From NCBI GenBank assembly GCA_903930225.1, contig CAIYXV010000017.1, positions 1 to 52,246 of the forward strand: a stretch of 52,246 nucleotides of DNA, given 5' to 3'. How positions within the stretch are numbered: position 1 is the stretch's first letter; each line of letters begins with the position of its first letter. The notes below the pieces were generated by a model. That model had not been told where the DNA came from. It made no database searches and saw nothing but the letters and a program-made list of their open reading frames with translations. Below, one piece after another: positions 18,155-27,916 of this stretch. The position numbers and the translations under genes are program-made. This stretch comes from an uncultured bacterium. GTDB lineage: Bacteria; Margulisbacteria; WOR-1; XYC2-FULL-46-14; WPAF01.

Positions 18155-19408
18155 ATGCCAAATACAAATAATAATCTGACTTTTTTTGGTCTGGGAATAG
18201 CCCCAAAGATACTCGAAATCCTGGACCGGATGAAATTTATCCATCCAACCCCGATCCAGTACAAAGCGATCCCGATCGCGATCGAAGGAAAAGATATGGT
18301 CGGTATCGCCCAGACCGGGACCGGAAAGACGCTGGCTTTCGCCATTCCTATGGTCCAGCGGCTGGCCCAGCAGAGGGGACGCGGGCTGGTGCTCGTTCCC
18401 ACCCGTGAACTGGCTCTGCAGGTCGAAGAGCATTTTTCAAAGATCGCCGGTTCCTTCGGAATAAGGACTGCCGTTTTGATCGGCGGGGCCTCGATGTACA
18501 ACCAGATCAGAGCGCTCCGGAATAATCCGGGGATCATAATCGCGACGCCCGGCAGACTGATCGACCACCTCGAACAGGGGACGGTTTTCCTGGGAACGGT
18601 CAATATCCTGGTGCTGGATGAGGCCGACCGGATGCTCGACATGGGATTTGCCCCCCAGATCGAAAGGATCCTTAAAACTGTGCCGAAAGAAAGACAGACC
18701 ATGCTTTTTTCCGCTACTATGCCGCAGGAAATATTAAAAGTAGCCTCCTCCCACATGAAGCTTCCAGTAAGCGTTGAGATCGCGCGGTCGGGCACGGCCG
18801 CCGAAAAGGTCACACAGGAAGTTTACATCGTAAAAAAAGAAGACAAGCTCATGCTTCTCCAGAAACTGCTCGACCAATACCGCGGGTCGATACTGCTTTT
18901 CTCCCGCACCAAGCACGGGGCAAGGAAGATCGCCCGCAGCATAATCGAGATGGGGCACCGCGCGTCCGACATTCATTCCGATCGCTCTCTGGCGCAAAGG
19001 CGCGAAGCGCTTGATGGGTTTAAAAGAGGCAAGTACCGCGTGCTGGTCGCGACCGATATCGCGGCGCGCGGAATAGACGTTACCGGCATCGAACTGGTTC
19101 TAAACTTCGATCTTCCCGACGATATCGAAAATTACGTGCATCGGATCGGGCGCACCGGCAGAGCCGGGCAGGAAGGTCACGCGATCTCGTTCGCTACTCC
19201 GGACCAGGGCAGCGACATTAAAAGCATCGAAAAACTCATCCGGACCGTGCTGCCGATCACCGAACATCCGGAAGTCCCGGCCGGAAAATTCTTTAATTCA
19301 TCCGCCAGACCGGCCGGCAGGTCTTTTGGCAAGTCGCGCCGTCATGGCAGACCTGGTGGATTTTCCGGCAATAAGAAAAAACCGGGCTGGCAATCCAACC
19401 GATATTAA
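18155..19408 (+). CDS. DEAD-box ATP-dependent RNA helicase
   Basis: I chose the ATG at 18155, right after the pgk stop, because the listed 17963 start lies inside pgk. Motifs found: Q-motif PTPIQ, AQTGTGKT, PTRELA, DEAD, SAT, HRIGRTGRAG. The C-terminal tail is basic. Confidence 0.9.
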   Translation: MPNTNNNLTFFGLGIAPKILEILDRMKFIHPTPIQYKAIPIAIEGKDMVGIAQTGTGKTLAFAIPMVQRLAQQRGRGLVLVPTRELALQVEEHFSKIAGSFGIRTAVLIGGASMYNQIRALRNNPGIIIATPGRLIDHLEQGTVFLGTVNILVLDEADRMLDMGFAPQIERILKTVPKERQTMLFSATMPQEILKVASSHMKLPVSVEIARSGTAAEKVTQEVYIVKKEDKLMLLQKLLDQYRGSILLFSRTKHGARKIARSIIEMGHRASDIHSDRSLAQRREALDGFKRGKYRVLVATDIAARGIDVTGIELVLNFDLPDDIENYVHRIGRTGRAGQEGHAISFATPDQGSDIKSIEKLIRTVLPITEHPEVPAGKFFNSSARPAGRSFGKSRRHGRPGGFSGNKKKPGWQSNRY

Positions 19409-19425
19409 CTTGTAACTGAATTTTA

Positions 19426-19498
19426 TGGAGGTGAGCGGGATCGAACCGCTGGCCTCGGCGTTGCGAACGCCGCGCTCTCCCAGCTGAGCTACACCCCC
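19426..19498 (-). tRNA. tRNA-Ala (anticodon CGC)
   Basis: The reverse complement reads GGGGGTGTAGCTCAGCTGGGAGAGCGCGGCGTTCGCAACGCCGAGGCCAGCGGTTCGATCCCGCTCACCTCCA. It folds as a cloverleaf with a G3:U70 pair, anticodon loop TTCGCAA and T-loop GGTTCGATCC. The 3' CCA is not encoded. Confidence 0.9.
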
Positions 19499-19603
19499 AT
19501 GTTATCGGCAGGTCTGCTTACGGTCATTTTGAAAAATATAGCGGCAAAATGAACAAGAGAATTATACCATACGCATCGAGATTAATATATTGCGGATTTT
19601 ACC

Positions 19604-19631
19604 TTGACAATGATTGACGTTATGTTAAGAT
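19604..19631 (+). promoter_or_regulatory. sigma70-like promoter for secG, possibly leaderless
   Basis: TTGACA (19604-19609), 16-nt spacer, TAAGAT (19626-19631). The ATG at 19641 follows after 9 nt (aataattga), with no SD. Confidence 0.4.
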
Positions 19632-19640
19632 AATAATTGA

Positions 19641-19859
19641 ATGAAAATATTGCTTATTTTGGTACAGATGATTTCGGCGGCGTTGCTGCTCGTCTTTGTT
19701 ATGCTTCACACCGCAAAAGGCGAGGGGATGGGGGGCATCGGCGGGGCGGCGCGGCTGTTCGGCACGCCCAAGGGAATGGAAGAAGGGCTCGATAAAATTA
19801 CCGCTGGCTGCGCGGTCGTTTTTATGGCGGTTTCGCTCATACTTGCTATCTTAAAATGA
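19641..19859 (+). CDS. secG: preprotein translocase subunit SecG
   Basis: 72 aa with two TM helices flanking a Gly-rich loop (HTAKGEGMGGIGGAARLFG). Confidence 0.8.
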   Translation: MKILLILVQMISAALLLVFVMLHTAKGEGMGGIGGAARLFGTPKGMEEGLDKITAGCAVVFMAVSLILAILK

Positions 19860-19868
19860 GGAGGGTTT

Positions 19869-20528
19869 ATGGATCTTGCTGAGTTTGGCGGTTCGATCAA
19901 CTTGATATTCCTGAAGATCTATCAACCCCTTTTATCCCTGCTCATCGCGCTTTTGATCCTGCTTATCGGCCTGCTTCTTGCCCGGCTGCTGCGTACCGCG
20001 GTCAGCGGGTTCTTCAAGACCGTGCAATTAGACGTACTGTCGGAAAAAATAAAATTCAATAAATTATTCGAAAAAGCCGAGATAAAAAAGAGCGTTTCCG
20101 AACTTCTGGGGGAATTCGTCTACTGGCTTATGATCTTTCTGGTTGTGCTGGGGCTGGCTTCCTGGGTTAAAATACCAGTCGATACGGCGCTCGAGCGGAT
20201 CATGTCGTTTACCGGGATCATCGTTCTGGCCGCGATCACTCTGTCCCTGGGAACTTTTCTGGCCATTCTCATCAGCCAGATCGTTTACTTTATCGGCTCC
20301 AACCTCGGCCTGGCCGGTTCAAAGACCATCTCCCGCCTGATCCATTACGCCACGGTTGTTTTTGCCTTCCTGCTGGCGCTCGAGCAGCTAGGTATCGGCC
20401 CCGCGCTTTTGGTCCCCAGCATCGGGGTCATTATCGGCGCGGTCGGACTGGCGGTGGCGATCGCGTTTGGCCTGGGCTGTAAGGACATTATGGCGGATTT
20501 CGTTTCGAACTTGATCAAGGGAAAATAA
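19869..20528 (+). CDS. membrane protein with conserved-TM-helix repeats (MscS-N-terminal-like)
   Basis: Multiple TM helices with a repeated pattern (LLIALLILLIGLLLARLL...; VIIGAVGLAVAIAFGLGCKD). The family assignment is from memory only. Confidence 0.45.
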   Translation: MDLAEFGGSINLIFLKIYQPLLSLLIALLILLIGLLLARLLRTAVSGFFKTVQLDVLSEKIKFNKLFEKAEIKKSVSELLGEFVYWLMIFLVVLGLASWVKIPVDTALERIMSFTGIIVLAAITLSLGTFLAILISQIVYFIGSNLGLAGSKTISRLIHYATVVFAFLLALEQLGIGPALLVPSIGVIIGAVGLAVAIAFGLGCKDIMADFVSNLIKGK

Positions 20529-20589
20529 GGGGGTGGGAAGATAACGTTTGTCAGGTTTTCTATCACTTTTATTTGGAAAGGAGATGAAT

Positions 20590-21084
20590 ATGAAAAAAAT
20601 TTTTGTGGCGCTTTTGGTAGTTTCGCTCATGGCTTCGGTTTCTTTTGCCGCTACCGCAAAATCGGCCATCAAAGGCGGCGGAATGAGGATCGGAGTCGGC
20701 GTTGACACCGGTATGGCCGGCATGAGGTTCAGCAGTGATTCTTTCAGTGGACTGGTCGGGCTTAATTTTTCCAACACCAGCTCTGGCGGCCAATCACAGA
20801 CCACGTTAGGATTCGGCGGAAAATTAACGTTCAATATTACCGGCGGAGAGGTTCCCACGCATATCGGGGCGGGATTGACTTATACCAGTTTCCCGGCCGG
20901 TAATCAGACCGGAACGACCTTTTCCATCAGCGGTATTTATGGAGCGGAAACTACCATAAGCCATGATTTTGTGGCCGGTTTTGATATTTATCCGTTAACT
21001 TTCGCGTCAACGTCTGTTGCCGGTCAATCTGAAACCACGATCCAGCTTCTGACCGGAACCGTTTACGGTATCTATTATTTCTAA
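20590..21084 (+). CDS. small outer-membrane beta-barrel candidate (paralog 1 of 3)
   Basis: Signal peptide MKKIFVALLVVSLMASVSFA. The sequence is Gly/Ser/Thr-rich with amphipathic strands and ends in C-terminal YYF. I chose the ATG at 20590 for its spacing from SD ggaaaggag. Confidence 0.55.
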   Translation: MKKIFVALLVVSLMASVSFAATAKSAIKGGGMRIGVGVDTGMAGMRFSSDSFSGLVGLNFSNTSSGGQSQTTLGFGGKLTFNITGGEVPTHIGAGLTYTSFPAGNQTGTTFSISGIYGAETTISHDFVAGFDIYPLTFASTSVAGQSETTIQLLTGTVYGIYYF

Positions 21085-21106
21085 CGGTAAATAAAGGAGA
21101 ATTAAA

Positions 21107-21709
21107 ATGAAAAAGGTTTTTGCATTGTCCCTGATCCTGGTCCTCTCGTTGTCAACGTTATCGCTCGCGGCAGTAAAGAAGACCGCACCGGCTCCTGCAG
21201 CGGTCGTGGCGCCGGCTGCGGAAGCTCAAAAGGGTGGATTCACATTTTCCCCAAAGTTTTCTTATGTTGGCTGGATGGGACTTGGTTTGGAAGTCGCTCC
21301 GCTTTTTAAGATAACCAATGATATCGACCTGATGGCTGAGGTTAACTATGATTTATGGGGATATAACGGCGGGTCAGGCTATGTATATGGTGAACTTAAC
21401 GGAGTTTATAATTTGCAGCCGATCGCACAGGGAGATAAAACCCTTAACCCGTATGTCGGCGGCGGCGTGATCTATGGTATGCCCCTGGGTACGGCCAATT
21501 ACGGCGGAAGCTTTAGCGGCGGGATCGGTTTTGGTGTTTTCGGCGGGGTTTCAACCAAACTTGATCCGTATACCGTTTTTGCTCAGCTTAAATATGCTTC
21601 CGCGCCAATTACCTGGTCATATTCCTATAATTATGGTTATGGCAGCGCATCTTACTCCGATTCGGTCAACGCCTTGGGCGCAGGCATGGAATTCGGACTG
21701 AGGTTCTAA
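21107..21709 (+). CDS. small outer-membrane beta-barrel candidate (paralog 2 of 3)
   Basis: Signal peptide MKKVFALSLILVLSLSTLSLA, aromatic/Gly-rich strands, C-terminal GLRF. Confidence 0.55.
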   Translation: MKKVFALSLILVLSLSTLSLAAVKKTAPAPAAVVAPAAEAQKGGFTFSPKFSYVGWMGLGLEVAPLFKITNDIDLMAEVNYDLWGYNGGSGYVYGELNGVYNLQPIAQGDKTLNPYVGGGVIYGMPLGTANYGGSFSGGIGFGVFGGVSTKLDPYTVFAQLKYASAPITWSYSYNYGYGSASYSDSVNALGAGMEFGLRF

Positions 21710-21742
21710 CTGTAATTTAATTATTTTTAGGGAGGCGGTCCA

Positions 21743-22171
21743 GTGAAGAAACTTATTGTTTTTATGATGATCGTTGCGTTATCGGTTCCATCCCTTGCCG
21801 CGGTATCTTTAAGAGGCGGCTTGGCGGGAGGAGCGTTCAGGATAAGCGCGGTCATGGATCGCCCCATTCGGGATAACATTTCGCTTGCCGGCGAACTCGG
21901 TTACGCTTTGGGCAACGGGTATACCCTTGCCACGGGCGGGATCGACCTGCAGACTACGATAAAGAACGATTTTTACCTGGGCGCCGAGGTTAGCTATTCC
22001 AGTTACTCCAGCGCGGTAAGGCTCGGGCTCCCCGCCGTCGATATTACCGACCGGAGCGGAGTGGGCGTCGGCGTTTTCGCCGGCATGACCAGGGATAAAA
22101 TGTTCGGCCAGGTTGGATACGATACCCGGCTTGGTGCAGTCGCCGAAGCAGGCTATATCATAAGAATGTAG
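21743..22171 (+). CDS. small outer-membrane beta-barrel candidate (paralog 3 of 3)
   Basis: GTG start with SD gggagg 7 nt upstream. Has a signal peptide followed by alternating strand patterns. Confidence 0.5.
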   Translation: MKKLIVFMMIVALSVPSLAAVSLRGGLAGGAFRISAVMDRPIRDNISLAGELGYALGNGYTLATGGIDLQTTIKNDFYLGAEVSYSSYSSAVRLGLPAVDITDRSGVGVGVFAGMTRDKMFGQVGYDTRLGAVAEAGYIIRM

Positions 22172-22176
22172 CCCGG

Positions 22177-23085
22177 ATGTATTATCTGTTTCTCATCGCG
22201 GCGGTCCTGTCAGCTCTTTTGACAGGACCGCTGCTTTTTTGGCTGCGGAAGATAAAGGCGAGACAGGTCGAAAGGGAGGAGGGCCCGCAGTCCCACAAAA
22301 AGAAAGCAGGCACTCCGACCATGGGAGGCCTGGGTTTTCTGGTTGTAATTGCAGTGCTTTCCGTCTTTTATGTGGATCTCAAGTATCTGGCGATCCTGCT
22401 TTTGGCTGGTTCGATCGCGCTGATCGGTTTTTTTGACGATCTTATAAAAATAATGAACAAGCAAAACCTCGGCCTGACTTTTTGGCAGAAAATAATCCTG
22501 CAAACGCTTATTGCCGCGGTCTTTTCATTTTATATGCTCCGCGCCGGCCTGGTCGAAGGACCCTTTCTTATACTGGCGACATATTTCATTTTCTGGTGCT
22601 TTGTTATCGTAGGTTCCGTTAACGCAACCAATCTCACCGACGGGCTCGACGGCCTGCTGGCCGGATGTTCGATCATCGCTTTTCTTTCATTCGCCCTGAT
22701 CCTGTACAAACAGGAGCTGATGGGCGGAGCCGCCCTGTGTTTTATCAGCGCGGGGGCCTTGCTCGGTTTTATTTTCTATAATGTCCACAAAGCGAAACTT
22801 TTCATGGGCGATGTCGGCTCGCTCTCGATCGGGGCCATTTTTGCGGGATTGGCCATAATTTCCGGCAATGAATGGCTGCTGGCGCTGGTAGGCGGCGTCT
22901 TTGTGTGCGAAGCGCTTTCTGTTATAATACAGGTCGGATCGTTCAAATTGTTCGGGAAACGGGTCTTTAAAATGAGTCCTTTGCACCATCATTTTGAGCT
23001 GATGGGGATACCTGAAGCCGTGGTCGTTCTTGGATTTTGGGCGGTCCAGCTGATCCTCGGAATAATAGGAGTGATTTTGGGATGA
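22177..23085 (+). CDS. mraY: phospho-N-acetylmuramoyl-pentapeptide transferase
   Basis: PTMGG, NATNLTDGLDGL, FMGDVGS, SPLHHHFE. Confidence 0.95.
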   Translation: MYYLFLIAAVLSALLTGPLLFWLRKIKARQVEREEGPQSHKKKAGTPTMGGLGFLVVIAVLSVFYVDLKYLAILLLAGSIALIGFFDDLIKIMNKQNLGLTFWQKIILQTLIAAVFSFYMLRAGLVEGPFLILATYFIFWCFVIVGSVNATNLTDGLDGLLAGCSIIAFLSFALILYKQELMGGAALCFISAGALLGFIFYNVHKAKLFMGDVGSLSIGAIFAGLAIISGNEWLLALVGGVFVCEALSVIIQVGSFKLFGKRVFKMSPLHHHFELMGIPEAVVVLGFWAVQLILGIIGVILG

Positions 23086-24383
23086 CAAAGTGGGAAGGGA
23101 AAAGGGTGACGATTTTTGGTTTAGGCCGGTCCGGGATCGCAGCTGCCGACCGCCTGATCCCGCTCAAGGCGGATGTGACCATAACGGAGTCGCTCGCCGA
23201 AAAAGACATCTCTCCCGAGATCATCACCCGGATGAAGGCGCTGGGAGTAAAACTTGAGCTGGGCGGCCATACCAATGCGGTAATCGAGAATGCCGATCTG
23301 ATCGTTATGAGCCCGGGAGTTCATCTTGACCTTCCGCCTGTATTGGAAGCAAAAAAGCGGGGGATCCCCGTCATCTCCGAGATCGAGCTTGCTTTCCGTT
23401 TTCTCTGCAAGCCGATCATCGCGGTCACCGGCACCAACGGCAAGACGACCACAGCCACGCTGATCGGGGAATTCCTTAAGGCCGCAGGGAAAAGATCGGT
23501 CGTGGCCGGGAACATCGGCGATCCGCTGGTCGCGGTCAACGATGCCGACCTCGATCTTATCGTCGCGGAAATATCCAGCTATCAGCTTGAGACAATCGTC
23601 ACCTTCCGCCCCTGGATCAGTCTGATCTTAAACCTGACCGAAGACCACATTGAGCGCCACAAGACCATGGAAGAGTACTCCCAGGCCAAGGCGAGGATCT
23701 TTATGAACCAGAAAAAGACCGACTATCTTATCTACAACGCGGAAGATAAAACCGTCGCTTCGATCGTTTCTGATGCCGAGGCGCGGCTGGTGCCGTTCTC
23801 GATCAAACAGCCGTTCTTAAAGCCGGATGAGATGCTGATCAAAGGCGACCATAACCTTGAGAATGCCATGGCCGCGGCGCAGGCCGCGCTGATCAGTGGG
23901 GTGGGGATCGACACTATTAAATCGGTTTTAAAGGATTTTAAAGGCGTGGAGCACCGCATTGAGTTTGTTATAGAGAAAAAGGGGATCAGGTTCTACAATG
24001 ACAGCAAAGGCACCAATCCCGATTCGACGGTTGTGGCGCTCAAGGCGCTTTCGAACGGCAGCCGGAACATTATCCTGATCGCGGGGGGCAGGGACAAGGG
24101 CGGGGACCTGACCGATCTGGTCCATCTGATCTCCGACAACGTTAAAAATGTCGTTCTGATAGGAGAAGCGGCGGAGCGGTTCGGGACCGCGTTAAGATCG
24201 AACCGATTCGACCAGCTCACCTTTTCCGGCGACTTCAAAGCCGCGGTCGATGATTCTTACGCGATGGCGCAACCGGGCGATATCGTGCTTCTTTCCCCGG
24301 CCTGCGCGAGCTTCGATATGTTCAAGAACTTCGAAGAACGCGGAAAAACCTTCAAAGAACTGGTATTGAACCTCAAGGAATGA
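23082..24383 (+). CDS. murD: UDP-N-acetylmuramoylalanine--D-glutamate ligase
   Basis: The start at 23082 forms an ATGA overlap with mraY. Motifs: GLGRSG, VTGTNGKTTT, and the Mur ligase C-terminal domain. Confidence 0.95.
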   Translation: MTKWEGKRVTIFGLGRSGIAAADRLIPLKADVTITESLAEKDISPEIITRMKALGVKLELGGHTNAVIENADLIVMSPGVHLDLPPVLEAKKRGIPVISEIELAFRFLCKPIIAVTGTNGKTTTATLIGEFLKAAGKRSVVAGNIGDPLVAVNDADLDLIVAEISSYQLETIVTFRPWISLILNLTEDHIERHKTMEEYSQAKARIFMNQKKTDYLIYNAEDKTVASIVSDAEARLVPFSIKQPFLKPDEMLIKGDHNLENAMAAAQAALISGVGIDTIKSVLKDFKGVEHRIEFVIEKKGIRFYNDSKGTNPDSTVVALKALSNGSRNIILIAGGRDKGGDLTDLVHLISDNVKNVVLIGEAAERFGTALRSNRFDQLTFSGDFKAAVDDSYAMAQPGDIVLLSPACASFDMFKNFEERGKTFKELVLNLKE

Positions 24384-25465
24384 AAAAACGGCCGGATTAT
24401 CTTTTTCTGCTGCTGGCGGCGTCACTGGTCATTATCGGGACGATCATGATCTTTTCCGCTTCGCCCGCGCTGGCGCTGAAGCACGGCGATAGTTTTTATT
24501 ATCTTAAAAGACATCTATTTTATATCATCCTCGGCCTGTTCGGGCTTAACTTCGCCCTGAAACTGAATCTTAATACCCTTAAAAAATGGTCCCTGCCGAT
24601 CCTGATATTTTCTCTTATGCTTCTGGTGATGGTCTTTATCCCCAAGATCGGAAAAAGCATGGGTGGCGCCAGCCGCTGGATCGACCTATACATCTTCTCC
24701 TTTCAACCTTCCGAGCTGGCAAAATTCGCGGTCATTCTTTTCCTGTCTTCCGCGCTCGCCAATAAAAAGGAAGGGATAAAGAATTTTTTGTCCGGTTTGC
24801 TACCGCTGCTTTTAATGGTAGGCCTGGTAGCGGGCGTGATCATCAAACAACCCGATCTGGGGACCGCGCTCTCGATCTCATTTTCCGCTTTTCTCATGTT
24901 CTTTATCGCCGGAGCGCAGTTTTTGCACCTGGGCGTGCTGCTGGCGGCGGGGGCGTTCGGTGTCTTGCTGATCAGCATCCTTTCTCCTTACCGCCTCAAA
25001 AGGATATTCGCTTACCTTAACCCGTGGAGCGATCCGCTAAATATCGGATTTCAGATCATCCAGTCTCTGCTGGCGGTCGGTTCGGGCGGACTGTTTGGTT
25101 TAGGGCTCGGGAACTCGAGGCAAAAATTCTATTACCTGCCGCAGCAGTACGCCGATTTTATTTTTGCGGTGCTGTGCGAGGAGCTCGGTTTTATCGGCGC
25201 AGTCGTTCTGCTGTTCCTGTTCGTTATTTTCTTCGCGCGGGGCATCGGGATCGCGCTTAAGGCGCCCGACAACTTTTCTTATTTCCTGGGAATGGGGATC
25301 GTCATCATGTTAGCGGTCCAGACCTTTATGAACCTGTCGGTCGTGCTCGGCCTGATCCCAACCACCGGCATACCGCTTCCCTTCGTGAGTTACGGCGGGA
25401 CCGCCACCGTGATCAACCTTTTTTCCGTCGGCTTGGTAGCCAATATCTCCAGGAACTCAAAATGA
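24380..25465 (+). CDS. ftsW: SEDS-family lipid II flippase / glycosyltransferase FtsW
   Basis: FSFQPSELAKF, KQPDLGTAL, ADFIFAVLCEELG, LPFVSYGGT. It sits between murD and murG. Confidence 0.9.
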   Translation: MKKRPDYLFLLLAASLVIIGTIMIFSASPALALKHGDSFYYLKRHLFYIILGLFGLNFALKLNLNTLKKWSLPILIFSLMLLVMVFIPKIGKSMGGASRWIDLYIFSFQPSELAKFAVILFLSSALANKKEGIKNFLSGLLPLLLMVGLVAGVIIKQPDLGTALSISFSAFLMFFIAGAQFLHLGVLLAAGAFGVLLISILSPYRLKRIFAYLNPWSDPLNIGFQIIQSLLAVGSGGLFGLGLGNSRQKFYYLPQQYADFIFAVLCEELGFIGAVVLLFLFVIFFARGIGIALKAPDNFSYFLGMGIVIMLAVQTFMNLSVVLGLIPTTGIPLPFVSYGGTATVINLFSVGLVANISRNSK

Positions 25466-26502
25466 AGATCGTGATCGTCGCCGGCGGAACGGGCGGGCAT
25501 ATTTATCCGGGCATCGCGGTTGCGCAGGAGCTTAAGGACCGGGATGCCGGCAACCAAATCCTTTTTATCGGAAGCCGGGAAGGGCTGGAGGGAGAGCTAG
25601 TCGGGCGCGAAGGGCTTGAGATAAAATATATTCACGCGCGGGCGCTTTTAAGAAAGATATCATATAAGGCGCTTTCCGCGCCGTTTGTGTCCCTTCTGGG
25701 ATTCTTCGAGTCGCTTAGGCTCCTTTTTTCCACAAGGCCCGATCATATTATCGTGACCGGCGGTTATGTAAGCTTCCCGGTTCTGGCTGCGGCCGTAATT
25801 TTAAGGATCCCTTTCCTGCTCCTGGAGCAGAACGCGCTTCCGGGATTCACCAACCGGTTCTGGCATAAATTCGCGGAACAGGTGGTGCTTGCTTTTGACG
25901 AATCGCGTAAATACCTGGATGGCGTCGTGCTCGGCAATCCTGTCCGAAAAAGCATTCTGGAATCAAAGACCGTAAGCCACGACCGCAAAGCGGTCACGGT
26001 GATCGGGGGGAGCCAGGGCGCGCGGAGCATAAACCGGGCGTTGGCCGACCAGATCGATAAATTAAAAGAGGTTGAGGTCTATCACATCATCGGCAAGCGG
26101 GATTTTAAGTCAATAAAAGACAAGATAAGCGCCGCCCGCTACCCGTTTTACCATCCCATCGAATATATGTATAATATGGAGGAACTCCTGTCGCGCTCCG
26201 ACCTGGTCGTGTCCAGGGCCGGGGCAACCGCAATTTCAGAGATACTGGCATTGGGCCTGCCGTCCGTTTTGATCCCTTTCCCGTATTCCGCGGAAGGGCA
26301 CCAGGATCTAAACGCGAAAGTAATAACGGAAGCGGGCGCGGCGCTCTTATTGAACGACCGTGAGCTGGTCAAGCTGTCGGGAATTATCGTTTCTACCCTG
26401 AAAGATGAAGAACAATTGAGTGAAATGGGAATGGCCGCGAATAAACTGGCAAAAAGGGACGCGGCCCAAAGAATCGTGGATATATTATATGCAAAACATT
26501 GA
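25462..26502 (+). CDS. murG: UDP-GlcNAc:lipid I N-acetylglucosaminyltransferase
   Basis: VIVAGGTGGHIYPGIAVAQEL, SRAGATAISE. Confidence 0.95.
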   Translation: MKIVIVAGGTGGHIYPGIAVAQELKDRDAGNQILFIGSREGLEGELVGREGLEIKYIHARALLRKISYKALSAPFVSLLGFFESLRLLFSTRPDHIIVTGGYVSFPVLAAAVILRIPFLLLEQNALPGFTNRFWHKFAEQVVLAFDESRKYLDGVVLGNPVRKSILESKTVSHDRKAVTVIGGSQGARSINRALADQIDKLKEVEVYHIIGKRDFKSIKDKISAARYPFYHPIEYMYNMEELLSRSDLVVSRAGATAISEILALGLPSVLIPFPYSAEGHQDLNAKVITEAGAALLLNDRELVKLSGIIVSTLKDEEQLSEMGMAANKLAKRDAAQRIVDILYAKH

Positions 26503-27916
26503 CATGGAAAGAATAAAAAGCATTCACCTGATCGGCATCGGGGGCTGCGGCGTATCCGCGATCGGGAAGATCCTGCACCAGATGGGCTATCGTGTTTCGG
26601 GATCGGACATCAAGGAGAACAGCAACACCATGCGGCTCAAGGACATGGGAATAAAAGTTTTTATCGGACATGAAGCGAGCCATATCCGGGGCGCGGACCT
26701 GGTGGCTTATTCTTCCGCGGTAGCCGCCGACAATCCGGAATTGGCCGAAGCGTTATCGATGAAGATCCCGGTCTTAAAGCGCGCGGAAATGCTCTCCTTT
26801 ATCATGAACCGGTTTAAAAAGAGGGTGGCGGTGGCCGGGACCCACGGCAAGACCACCACCACTTCAATGATCGCAAAGATCTTTTACGATACCGGCGCGG
26901 ACCCGACCTTTTTGATCGGGGCTGAGACTGATTACGTGGACGGCAACGCCCGCCTGGGGGCGGGGGATTATGTGATCGCGGAGGCCGATGAATCCGACGG
27001 CTCGTTTTTGGAACTTACGCCCAACATTTCCATCGTGACCAACATCGAACCGGATCACATGGAATTTTTCGGGACCGAAGAAAAACTGATGACCATTTTT
27101 AAGGAATTTATCGGCAAACTGGACCTTGACGGACTGCTGATATTGGGGATCGACAGCGCCCGCGGGCGGGAAATGCTGGCCCAAACGGAACGGAGAACGA
27201 TAACTTACGGCTTTTCAGAAGACGCCGGGGTCCGGGCGGTCAACCTTGCCTTCGACGGAATGGGCACCCGTTACAATATAATTTACAATGGCAAGAACCT
27301 GGGAGAAGCCCGGCTTTCGATCCCGGGCGAACAGAACGTTAATAATTCATTGGCCGCGATCGCGGTCGCGGTCGAGGCCGGCATTCCTTTCAATTCGATC
27401 GTGTCCAGCCTTCATTCGTTCACCGGAGCCAAGCGCCGGTTCCAGATCATCGGCGAGATCAACGGCATCATCATCATTGACGACTACGCGCATCATCCGA
27501 CGGAGATAAAAGCGACGCTCAAGGCCGCCCGGAACGCCTGGGGGAAGGAAAAGAGGATCATCGCGGTGTTCCAGCCGCACCGTTATACCCGGACCTTCCA
27601 TCTTGCTTCCCAGTTTTACGACGCTTTCGAGGACGCGGATACGGTCGTCCTGACCGATATTTACAGCGCGGGGGAACAGCCCATTCCAAATGTCGATGGC
27701 CGGATGATCGCCAAGGAGATCGAAAAGCGCAAGGATGTTACCTATATCCCCCGAAAAGAAAGGATCGCGGAGAAGATACTAAAATCATTGAAGCCCAATG
27801 ATGTCGTCCTGATCATGGGAGCAGGCGATATTTATACCGTCGCGAAAGACCTGCTCTTTAGGATCAAGATCTCGCAGGAAAAAGAAAAATCCAAAAACAA
27901 AACAGAAACAGAATGA
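26489..27916 (+). CDS. murC: UDP-N-acetylmuramate--L-alanine ligase
   Basis: HLIGIGGCGVSAIG, VAGTHGKTTTT, DDYAHHPTE. The start is either 26489 or the in-frame 26504; the listed 26420 lies deep inside murG. Confidence 0.9.
   Translation: MQNIDMERIKSIHLIGIGGCGVSAIGKILHQMGYRVSGSDIKENSNTMRLKDMGIKVFIGHEASHIRGADLVAYSSAVAADNPELAEALSMKIPVLKRAEMLSFIMNRFKKRVAVAGTHGKTTTTSMIAKIFYDTGADPTFLIGAETDYVDGNARLGAGDYVIAEADESDGSFLELTPNISIVTNIEPDHMEFFGTEEKLMTIFKEFIGKLDLDGLLILGIDSARGREMLAQTERRTITYGFSEDAGVRAVNLAFDGMGTRYNIIYNGKNLGEARLSIPGEQNVNNSLAAIAVAVEAGIPFNSIVSSLHSFTGAKRRFQIIGEINGIIIIDDYAHHPTEIKATLKAARNAWGKEKRIIAVFQPHRYTRTFHLASQFYDAFEDADTVVLTDIYSAGEQPIPNVDGRMIAKEIEKRKDVTYIPRKERIAEKILKSLKPNDVVLIMGAGDIYTVAKDLLFRIKISQEKEKSKNKTETE

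Noticed and set aside
17449-18813. 454-aa ORF on the minus strand
   Set aside because: It lies entirely antisense to pgk and the DEAD-box helicase, both of which have unmistakable motifs. Its translation is low-complexity and Arg/Pro/Ser-rich, as expected of a shadow ORF.
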